Part shown: in pieces, positions 1-11,100 of the stretch
How positions within the stretch are numbered: the first letter of the stretch is position 1
Layout: each line of letters opens with the position of its first letter
Origin: Macrostomum hystrix
Lineage: Eukaryota; Animalia; Platyhelminthes
Direction of reading: 5' to 3'
Assembly: GCA_950097015.1 (NCBI GenBank)
Contig: CATNEN010000038.1
Coordinates: forward strand, 23,684,001-23,748,000
Length of the DNA stretch: 64,000 bases
Position numbers and translations under genes: made by a program
Notes under the pieces: generated by a model
What the model saw: only the letters and a program-made list of their open reading frames with translations
Told to the model about the DNA's origin: nothing
The model's database searches: none

Positions 1-752
1 TCCCAAGGTATTCACAATCCCAAGGTATTCACAATCCCAAGGTATTCACAATCCCAAGGTATTCACAATCCCAAGGTATTCACAATCCCAAGGTATTCAC
101 AATCCCAAGGTATTCACAATCCCAAGGTATTCACAATCCCAAGGTACTCACATTCCCAGGGTATTCACATTCCCAGGGTATTCACAATCCCAGGGTATTC
201 ACAATCCCAAGGTATTCACAATCCCAAGGTATTCACAATCCCAAGGTATTCACAATCCCAAGTCATTCACAATCCCAAGGTATTTACAATCCCAAGTTAT
301 TCACAATCCCAAGGTATTCACAATCCCAAGGTATTCACAATCCCAAGGTATTCACAATCCCAAGGTATTCACAATCCCAAGGTATTCACAATCCCAAGGT
401 ATTCACAATCCCAAGGTATTCACAATCCCAAGGTATTCACAATCCCAAGGTATTCACAATCCCAAGGTATTCACAATCCCAAGGTATTCACATTCCCAGG
501 GTATTCACAATCCCAGGGTATTCACAATCCCAAGGTATTCACAATCCCAAGTTATTCACAATCCCAAGGTATTCACAATCCCAAGGTATTCACAATCCCA
601 AGGTATTCACAATCCCAAGGTATTCACAATCCCAAGGTATTCACAATCCCAAGGTATTCACAATCCCAAGGTATTCACAATCCCAAGGTATTCACAATCC
701 CAAGGTATTCACAATCCCAAGGTATTCACAATCCCAAGGTATTCACAATCCC
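1..752. repeat. 17-bp minisatellite (TCCCAAGGTATTCACAA)n, runs off the window start
   Basis: About 44 near-identical tandem units are directly visible. Confidence 0.97.
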
Positions 753-1183
753 TTTCCTTAATTTCAATCTTTCGGTTTCAGTTGTCATGGTAAAACAGCA
801 TGTTTTCTATTTGCATTGACAATGACGCGTTATCCAAGCGAATAAAAGTGTGTTGTTATTGCAAATCTCAAAACAATGCCTAAATATAGACATACGTGAA
901 GTATGTTGTAAGTTTCAAAGTAAAAAAGCCTGCACCCTTACCTTCTCTTGTTATTTACACAGCTGCTTTTATATACTTTCTCATACACAATAGGGTCATA
1001 AATTATTTCTAAGCGGCGGCAGTGTAGTGTGGCAACTATTTCTAGCACTGGCAGCAGTTCAGCATCGGTGACTGAAGTAAACCCGACTAATTCAATGGCA
1101 ACATTGGCGAAAAAGCATTAGCTTGCGACAGTGACAGGAAAAGTTTCAACTGTTGCATTCCCTAATTGGTTAATGTCCTAGCA

Positions 1184-2105
1184 CGTAATCTCACTGTCTA
1201 ACATGTAATCTCAGTGTCTAACATGTAATATCACTGTCTAACATGTAAACTCAGTGTCTAACATGTAATCTCACTGTCTAACATGTAATCTCACTGTCTA
1301 ACATGTAATCTCACTGTCTAACATGTAATATCACTGTCTATGATGTAATCTCACTGTCTAACATGTAATCTCACTGTCTAACATGTAATCTCACTGTCTA
1401 ACATGTAATCTCACTCTCTAACATTTAATCTCACTGTCTAACATGTAATCCCAGTGTCTAACGTGTTATCTCACTGTCTAACATGTAATCTCACTGTCTA
1501 ACATGTAATCTCAGTGTCTAACATGTAATCTCAGTGTCTAACATTTAATCTCAATGTCTAACGTCACGTAACGTGTAATATCTGTATCCAACATGTGATC
1601 TCGGTGTCTAACATGTGATACCGGTATCTAACGTGTAATCACGGTGTCTAGCATCTAGAATCGATCTGTCTAACATGTAATGTCAGTATCTAACATGTAA
1701 TCTCAATGTCTAACGTGTAATCTCTGTATCTAACATGTGATCTCGGTGTCTAACATGTGATACCGGTGTCTAACGTGTAATCTCGGTGTCTAACATCTAG
1801 AATCGATCTGTCTAACATGTGATCTCTGTGTGTAACATGTGATTTCTGTGTCTAACATGTGATACCGGTGTCTAACGTGTTATCTTGGTGTCTAACATCT
1901 AGAATCGATGTGTCTAACATGTGATCTCGGTGTCTGACATATGATACCGGTGTCTAACGTGTAATCTCGGTGTCTAACATCTAGAATCGATGTGTCTAGC
2001 ACTTAGCATCGAAGTGTGTGTCCAACATCTAGTATAGATGTCTAAAATGTAATCTCTGTGTCTATCATTTAGTCTGTCTTACATGCGTTTTGATGTCTAA
2101 CGTGA
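1184..2105. repeat. ~20-bp minisatellite (TAACATGTAATCTCACTGTC)n degenerating rightwards
   Basis: 20-bp period is visible at 1184-1560; variant units with TCTAGAATCGA and GATACCGG follow. Confidence 0.93.
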
Positions 2106-4096
2106 AGAACTTACTAAGTATTCAGACATCAGATATAACAGCTAGTGTCTAACTTGCATTCTCAGTGTCAATATCAACCGATCTGTCAAATAGGTTTGTC
2201 CCAGAAGTAAAAATTTGTTTAATTATGGGATTCACAACAGAACACATCGTCCTATTATCCCATATGAGAGACCTGTAGCCCAAAATGTCTAACTGATCAG
2301 ACGCATTTCCCAAATTTAATTTAGTTAATGGCACCGCGGTCTAGCATTGTGCAGAGAAATTTCATTATTCGCGCATTTCAACAAAATTTCATTTCGAAGC
2401 AGAAACGACGCCGGGCTTACAAAATTCGCCCAATTTTCCGGATTAGCCGAATTAGTGACGATTGTTAAAACAAATTTGTTTTATGCCGGAGACAGTTGAG
2501 CCGCAGACTGTACCGCTTCAGTGATAATTTAGCGAAGTGCAGACGAATGCACTCGACTAGTGGAGTGGGTTAAATATACCATCTCCACTTTTTTATCCTC
2601 TTTTCGCGTCCTTCTCCTTTGAGCACACTGAGACTTAGCGGATGAGTTTCTATACTGTCAGAATTAGCTGTGGTTGCTGAGGCGAGAAAATCATTCTCAA
2701 TATTCATATTTCTGCTCCGTTAAGTACAATGCTTCAATGAATGCTGCAGTTTCTATTTATAACAAACTGTTTATAATACTTAAGTGGAAATAAAAGCAAT
2801 ATTATGGGACAAGCAGTAGATAATATAATGAAGTCGATTTAAAAGTCGAAAATGTCATCATTGTCATATTTGTCAACAATGAATTGAAGAGAAGTGCAAA
2901 TTATACCGAATTGCAAACATGATCAATGATATATCTTTCAGTGAATCTGTCAATTTTTTTGTCTGTTTACTTTTCGTAAAACTGCAGCTTACAGAGACAG
3001 CATGGTGAGAATGATTAAGAGACAGATAGAGAGTCATGAAGAGAGCGAGATATAAAATGATGAAGAGATAGATAATGATACAAAGAGAGAATAATACAGA
3101 GAGATAGTGATCAAAGATCGTCTGATATAGAACGATCAAAAGACGGAAGGAGAAGCGATGAACTATACACTATACAAAAACTATATAACGGCACACTCTA
3201 AACCCCACACTAGTTTCAAGAACCCCCAGGAAATGCGCGGTATTATTAAATCTTTAGCAGTAAATTCTGCACACGGGTCTATAGACCTGAAAAAACGAAA
3301 AAAAGTCATATCTTATTTCAGAAAGCTTTTACTTTACTAAAGACCTTAACGTTAAAATTGACCTTAAACGGAGCAAAACACTTGATTGTCCATTCTTTTT
3401 ATAAAAATTCTTTTAAGTGTCAAATAAATGTAAAACTAAAACGCGTGGCAGCATGGCAGCATGAACGAGCACACTTTTACGGATTTAATTAAGTAACGAA
3501 TGTCGTCAAAGCAGTTTTAAAAGTTGAAAACAACCGACGCCCGGCGTGGCTGATCATGGAACTCTCTTTAAATCTTTCGCAACGGAATTGCAAAATGGGG
3601 TAAAATTTGTCAATCATGTATTTATTCATACTTACTTATTAGTATAACTGAATGGCACTTAACCTATTTTATGTTTCGTATGCCTAAGGTAACTCAGAAG
3701 CTTAAATAAAATGTTTTACCTTTTTGCTGATCTGGCTGCAGCCTGCTGGGCCCGCTGTTTGTATTGCAATTTGCAGCTGCTTTTCATATGGTACAGACCG
3801 TTCACTGGTACAGTACTTGCTAGAATGATGAGACAATATGTTTATTATTTACGCCTAGCTACATTGCTGTTATTGTGATTGTTATTTTGAATAACCTAGT
3901 TCTGGTCTTCAAATAAAGCAACTACATTAGAGCCTCTAATTCTAAAGCTAGACAATTTTTGTGTTGTGTTTTATTATAATTTAAATTATGTTCTTTTAGC
4001 AATCAGTGTAAAATGTGTAACGCATTCAATATTCTGTAGCTTTAATTCCTCTATAGTAGTATATAAGTTATGTCTGAACAGCAAGACACTTCTCTC

Positions 4097-5031
4097 GGAA
4101 ACAGTCCATTTCGGCGACAGACCATTTCGGCGACAACCATTTCGGCGACAAGTCATTTCGGCGACAACCATTTCGGCGACAATACTTTTGAAACAGGGCC
4201 CGCCGATTAAAAGTAATAAAATTTAATCGAATAAAACAAATAGAACAAATCGGCAATAAATGCACTGTGATCGCGATTAGATCGATAAGTTCGATTAAAA
4301 GTAATAAAATTTAATCGAATAAAAGAAGCCACAAATCGGCAGAACCGCGGAACAAAGACACCAACAAAGACACCACTGCAATCTCAATTAGTTCGATAAG
4401 TTCAATTAAAAGTAATAAAATTTAATCGAATAAAACAAATAGAACAAATCGGCAACAAATGCACTGTGATCACTGTGCAGGTCCTATGCTGCCACCTGGA
4501 ACATTCGTCACATTGCAGCGCTTGCTGCCTATGTCTGACCAGATCGTGGCAAACAACACAGCTAAACATGACTGAATAACTAACTTGCTGACTAACTGGT
4601 TGGCTGGCTTTTATACACCATATCAACTTATATTGCACGTTATAGCACTGAGCCTGTTGTCCTCTCTAACTCATCCTTTCCCTTAACTTGAGATCCAATG
4701 TACATTGTTCATTGCACATCGCACATTGCACATGCACATTGCACGATGCTACTTATAAGTAAGACAAGGTGAGGTTGACGCACATAGAGCGCGGACCAAA
4801 CTGATCCAAACTCGCGCGGCTATTTATATTACATGTTAAAACAAATACTATAACAGGAATACATTAATAAAAGTAGAAGAATCAAATACATTACATACTC
4901 AATAAGCAAACACTATCAGATCCATTATTACTGCGGTTTTGATTTTTGTCGCCGAAGTGGTTGTCGCCGAAATGACTTGTCGCCAAAATGGTTGTCGCCG
5001 AAATGACTTGTCGCCGAAATGGACCGGATCC
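4097..5031. mobile_element. Non-autonomous TIR DNA transposon (Foldback/MULE-like) with tandem-repeat TIRs and a PHD-finger fragment
   Basis: Left end GGAAACAGTCC(ATTTCGGCGAC..)x5 and right end (..GTCGCCGAAAT)x5 GGACCGGATCC are inverted. 8-bp TSD CTTCTCTC at 4089-4096 and 5032-5039. Minus-strand ORF 4402-4638 contains CVVC...ALQCDECSRWQHRTC (partial PHD finger). Confidence 0.85.
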
Positions 5032-5607
5032 CTTCTCTCTAATATTGATAAGTATATGAAATATTTAATATGTATAACTTAATACAAAGCACTGGTTTAT
5101 GACGTTAGTCACACATTTATCTTGCAGTTTTTGGATTCAAGTATATTATTTACCTACACACAATACTTTTAATTTGTATAGGCCATCTCTTGCCATATAT
5201 ATAATATAGGCTTGTATTCTGAATAATGCTTTTCATATTCATTGCAATTAAATAAAAAGTTATTGCAATTTTTTTCGTTTTCCAAGTCAAATCTATCTGG
5301 TCATCTGGATCACACCCCCTTATGGGAAAAATACATTACAAAAACAACTAAAATGTTGATCAAAAATTGTTATAACTTTTTAATTACTTGACCAATTTTG
5401 ATGAGTGAGGTGTCTTTTAACTCAGTCAAGCAAGATCTGTAGCACAAGAAAACCAAAAATATGGAATTATTAATTTTTCATTTCTTACTGGAGCTCCTAA
5501 TAATAGTAAGGACTTAGGTGAGAAAATCGAAGATTCAAAAAAACATTTTCTTTTCTTCTAAAAAATGTTATTCAAAATTTAGTAAAATAAAATTTCTTTG
5601 TCTTATA

Positions 5608-6046
5608 AAATAATAGAAGTAAGGTGGCACTTATAGCACAGATAGTAATGATGGATCCAGTAGATCAGGTTTCCAAACATGTTAGTACCAAAATGACATT
5701 TCCAAATGAACTCCTGAAGATACATGTCAAACAAGTTGTCAGATGTGCCATGCATCTGACAGCTTTGCTTTGACATTTCCCCTGGCCAAAAATCCTGACC
5801 CTGAAGCTCATTATCTGTTAGAATAGTATTTGGTGGAACTATTGTTACTGGTGCTCTTGGCCATAGTAAAGGTAAAAGTTGATGCATTATGAATGAAAAA
5901 ATAAAAATCAAAACAAAAAGTACAGTCCGGTACAGTACAGTAGAGTATAATCAATTTTAATTCATAATATTTAAACAAATGTACACATAAAGTGACAGTG
6001 CTCTGCTAGGAAAAATGATAAAAGTGCCACCTTACTTCTATTATTT
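5608..6046 (-). mobile_element. Deleted Merlin/IS1595-like DNA transposon remnant
   Basis: 25-bp inverted repeats at 5608-5632 and 6022-6046 (AAATAATAGAAGTAAGGTGGCACTT). Minus ORF 5603-5911 ends GTSDNLFDMYLQEFIWKCHFGTNMFGNLIYWI, resembling the YLxEFxWR C-terminus of Merlin/IS1595 DDE transposases. No TSD seen. Confidence 0.65.
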
Positions 6047-8148
6047 ATTCTTTCGAAAAAAAAACTACATTACTAAATTTATGGGGGGGGTACGGAAGGA
6101 TCACCATATTTTCTTTTGAACATTTGGCAGTTGCAAAGGTTAATGTCTTTTTACTTAAGAGCTCTATATATATAAGTTAAAATTGAGGTGGCTCTTTTTT
6201 GCAGTCTTAGTAAATGGCTCTTTGTTGCAGGAATTTACAAATGATATTTTAGTGCCTAAAGCAATTAGCTTCCCTAGTAACTAATTTTAGAAGGCTAGAA
6301 AAAGTGATTAAATTTGTATTAAGCTCAATTGAGTAATACAAAAAATACAAAAATGCACACATGGTGTAAAAAATGCCAACCAATTAAAATGACAAATTAA
6401 CGAACACTAAACACATGGGAATATACCAAAGATAAAAGTAATAAAGACATTCTCTTGCAAATATTGCATTGTTCAGGAATTTGATGTTCATGTGGCATGT
6501 AATAACCATCTCACCTCAATTTGGTGTGGTTGAAATTGTATAGGCTGTTGACCATATAGTGTTCAGCATACTGGATGTTGTGTTTGTAGGCAGCAATTGC
6601 ACATTCAGACCTGAAGTTGGTTGCCAAGAGATATAATATGGTTTGAATCTTCTCTATCTGAGGATGTGGGTGGTCAATCTGAGCGTATGCAATAGACTGC
6701 AGATTTTTCTTCACAAGTTGGACAAGGTGCTTCAGGTGCTCTCATCTAGCCTGATGTATATGTTCTATGACTGCCAAGAAGTTGTCTCTGGGCCATCCTC
6801 AGGCAGCTGATTCTAGTCAATTGGCTGCTGCTGCTTTGCTGTTGCTGCTGCAACTGCTGCTGCATCTGTGGTGGAAGCTGTTGTGATAGTGGCTTTGGGG
6901 CACTATAATGTCTCTAGCATTGCATGATGATGGTCAGCCTTGAACTTGTCAGATGATAGGCCAGGGTTGCAGCTGGAACTATCACAGCTGCACCTGCCTG
7001 CATTTGCAATAGGTTCTCACAAATAACTTGCTGCCTAGGACCAGTATCTTGGAAAATGTCAAAACTTTATTCTTCAATAGTGCCAGCCTAGGCACAAGAG
7101 GTGCTGCTTTCTTTGTCATAGGGGTCTAAGATTTGTGGAAACTAAATATAAAATCCCTATTACCATGTAATGAGTGTATAATAAATAAGACTTGTAGTTC
7201 ATAAGAACTAAAAAGGTAAATTCATGACAATCTAGAAAACAAAAAAAATCGATGTCATTACATAATATAAGTTATAAAACAGAAACATAACATTCGGTTA
7301 ACAGGCTAAATAAAATCAGAACAATTGAAAAAAAATATATGAAGTGCATCATAAAAGTAACCATAAATACAATAACTGCAAATTTAATTTAGTTCCAGTG
7401 TTGAATCATAATTAGTAAGCTGTGGCACTAACCAAATATGCAATGCTTGTTGTATGCATATTTGGTTTTGTAAGTCTGATATCAGTCCTAAAACTGATTA
7501 GATCAGTTCAGAATCAGCACTGTAGTTTTAACTCTTTTTAACTTGTCTGTGCTACACTCTTTTTGATAGTATGGCTTCTTAAGCTGCTGAGCATTTCATG
7601 GAAGCTTTACACTTGTCATTTCTAATATAATATTTCAGTGTTGTCTGAGTCTTTTTAATGCCTAGTGCTTTGCACACAGTTCAGCAGTTTTGAAGTTTTG
7701 ATTTAAAGTTCGGGCTTTGACCCGAGTGATAGAACTGTAGGCATTCATACCGACTGATCAATTGCTTGACAAACACTTGCACAACTGGCCTTTCAAGCCT
7801 ATTGGTTCCTCAGAGGATATGCATCCTGTCATTTAGTAACTAGGTGTCTGAAAATTATTAGGACATACATTGTTCCTATTATTAACAGTCTGATGTTAAT
7901 GTTCTAATTGTTAAAATGGTCAGGAAATTTCAACCAGATGCATAATTACTGGTTAGCATTAAACTGATAAATGCTTTATATTATTACTGTTTAACCTATC
8001 ACTTTAAAATTTAATTTACTATTGAACACATTCTTTCAAATTGTTGCAGGTAGCAAGCAAAAGTGCTTGCAGACACTAATTTAGAGCCATAATTAAAAAA
8101 ATGAAAATGTTGTAACATTTAGTTCGAAAGCATATTAAAAAAGTTACA

Positions 8149-11100
8149 ATGTCATCTGTGGAACTAAATCCTGTTTGGATTCGCGAGACGAAGCAACTAT
8201 TTATTGATTTAACATCAAAGAATGATGAAATTCGTTCAGAAGCTTACAAACGCCTATGCCAGTTTATTCAATTCGACCTGCCAGAAGCATCCTCAGAAGC
8301 TGTCAATGCCTATGTTGAACGATGGAATGGAAAAATTGTTGAACTCATCAACTCTGGCGATGTCAATGATAAGCGAGGAGCTATTCTAGCTATAGTGGCC
8401 CTATTAGACATTGAGCACCGAGATTTAGCCGCTGCTATATCTCGTTACGATAGCAACCTCAGGGTGCTGTTCAGGTGAGCTTTTGCACTGTGATCATAAA
8501 CAAAATTATTTGGTCTAGGAATTAGCAGAGTGCTAATTAGATGACGAGGCATTTGACTACGCAGCTTACAATATAGTTACTCCTGCTGTTTACTTACCAA
8601 TTATAGATCTCTGGATGCTTCCCTGGCTGAAACTTTGGCTATTGCCTTCTCTCTAGTTGCTTCGCGCGCTCCTCCCGGCTTCCTATCCCAAGATCTGGTC
8701 TCGAAGCATATCGACAGATGCGCCGAGAATGTTTATCATCAAGAGGTTGGACGAAGATTGTTCAGCGTTCATCTGATGCGAGAATTTGCCAAGAAATGTC
8801 CGACGGTTGTCTATCAGGTTTGTTGTTCGTGTTTAACATGAAGTTCTATTGCTTTTTTGCTTCATTGTCTAAATTCAGATTTCTTTCTCACCCAACTTTC
8901 TGGTGTTTTCCTGACCAACTTAGGTTTCTTCATGATCCACTGTCAGATTTCATGACTTTGACCCATACTAATGACTGACCCAAAGCTATTATTCTTGACT
9001 CAGAGTCTGATGCAAGACAAATCGTCTTGACCCGTAGTCTGACCCACAGCTGTCTTTGACCCAGGCACTACCCAAGGCCGTTCCTCTCGACTCAGTCTGA
9101 CCCAAGCGATTCTTCTTGACCCAGTGTCTGACCCAAAGCTATTCCTCTTTCAAGACTCAGTTTTTTTTACCCAAAGCCGTTCCTAATGACTGAGTGTCTG
9201 ACCCAATGCCTTTCCTCTTGACTCAGTGTCTGACCCAATGCCTTTCCCCTGGACTCAGTGTCTGACCCAATGCCTTTCCTCTTGACTCAGTGTCTGACCC
9301 AATGCCTTTCCTCTTGACTCAGTGTCTGACCCAATGCCTTTCCTCTTGACTCAGTGTCTGACCCAATGCCTTTCCTCTTGACTCAGTGTCTGACCCAATG
9401 CCGTTCCTCTTGACTCAGTGTCTGACCCAATGCCTTTCCCCTGGACTCAGTGTCTGACCCGATGCCTCTCAACTTGACTCTGGGTCTGACCCAAGGCCTT
9501 AGATCTTTCAAAGGCTCAACTTTGTCCTTCGCCTGTTGTTATTCGCAGAGCATAGAAACAGTATTCGGCATTCTATTCAGCGGCCTAAGAGACGCCAAGC
9601 AGCCTGTGCGCGAGGCCGCAGCCAGTGGATTCCGGGCCTGCCTGCGCATCACTGCAGATCGGGAGGTGTCCCGCAAGGGCGCCCGGTCGCGCGAGTCGCC
9701 CAGCTATTATCAGAAAATGTTTCGCGCTATCATGGAGACGCACGAGGAGAGCGAGATTGCTAAAAAGAATAGAATCAGCAAAGAGGACTTTACGCACGGC
9801 TCTCTGTTGCTGTTGAACGAACTTCTAGTGGCTAGCAATGCCGATGCTGAACGAATTCGACAAGCTGTGCTAAGAGCTTCGGCCCAGACGGCACAACCGT
9901 TGACGTCAACTAGCCTGCTCGGTAGGAGCGTTGGCGTACCCCTGGATCGTCTGGGCATCGGTTCGGCTTCCGTTGTAGGCGTCGGCGGTGTTTCCAGTTC
10001 GTCTTCTAGTTCATCAGCGTCAGCTGGTATGGTTGTCGGCGCCTCGGTTGCGTCAGCCGCCGTTGCCTCCGTTTCTATTGGTCCGGTTTCAACCATAGAC
10101 GATAGGGACGACGCTGCGGCCGCAATGCCAGTGGAGTCCGTGTTCTGCCGCGGGCTATTTGCCACGGCTAGCAACTATCAGACTATTGGCGATCGGGTGT
10201 TTCGTAACTGCTCCGCTCGGGCGGGACCGCAGGTTTGTCGCACCTGTATTACCTATTCTCTTTTCACCAATCTTCTATTCACCAATCTGCTATTCACCAA
10301 TCTGCTATTCACCAGTCTGCTATTCACCAGTCTGCTATTCACCAATCTGCTATTCACCAGTCTGCTATTCACCAGTCTGCTATTCACCAATCTGCTGTTC
10401 ACCAGTCTGCTATTTACCAATCTGCTATTCACCAGTCTGCAATTCACCAGTCTGCTATTCACCAATCTGCTATTCACCAGTCTGCTATTCACCAGTCTGC
10501 TATTCACCAGTCTGCTATTTACCAATCTGCTATTCACCAGTCTGCTATTCACCAGTCTGCTATTCACCAGTCTGCTATTCACCAATCTGCTATTCACCAG
10601 TCTGCTATTCACCAGTCTGCTATTCACCAGTCTGCTATTTACCAATCTGCTATTCACCAGTCTGCTATTCACCAGTCTGCTATTCACCAATCTGCTATTC
10701 ACCAGTCTGCTATTCACCAATCTGCTGTTCACCAGTCTGCTATTTACCAATCTGCTATTCACCAGTCTGCTATTCACCAGTCTGCTATTCACCAGTCTGC
10801 TATTCACCAATCTGCTATTCACCAGTCTGCTATTCACCAGTCTGCTATTCACCAGTCTGCTATTTACCAATCTGCTATTCACCAGTCTGCTATTCACCAA
10901 TCTGCTATTCACCAGTCTGCTATTCACCAGTCTGCTATTCACCAATCTGCTGAATCCACAATCTATCCACAATTGGCATTCACAGGTGTACCAGACCCTG
11001 CTGTACATCCTGCCTCGTCTAGCAGCCTTCGATCCGGAGCGATTCGCGAAATTCTATCTCAACCAGACTATGGTATTCCTTCTGGACGCTGTCAGGCGAG

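Noticed and set aside
1-752. Regular short repeats resembling a CRISPR array (also 33133-33790 and 62140-64000)
   Set aside because: Units are head-to-tail with no unique spacers, there are no cas genes, and the context is eukaryotic.
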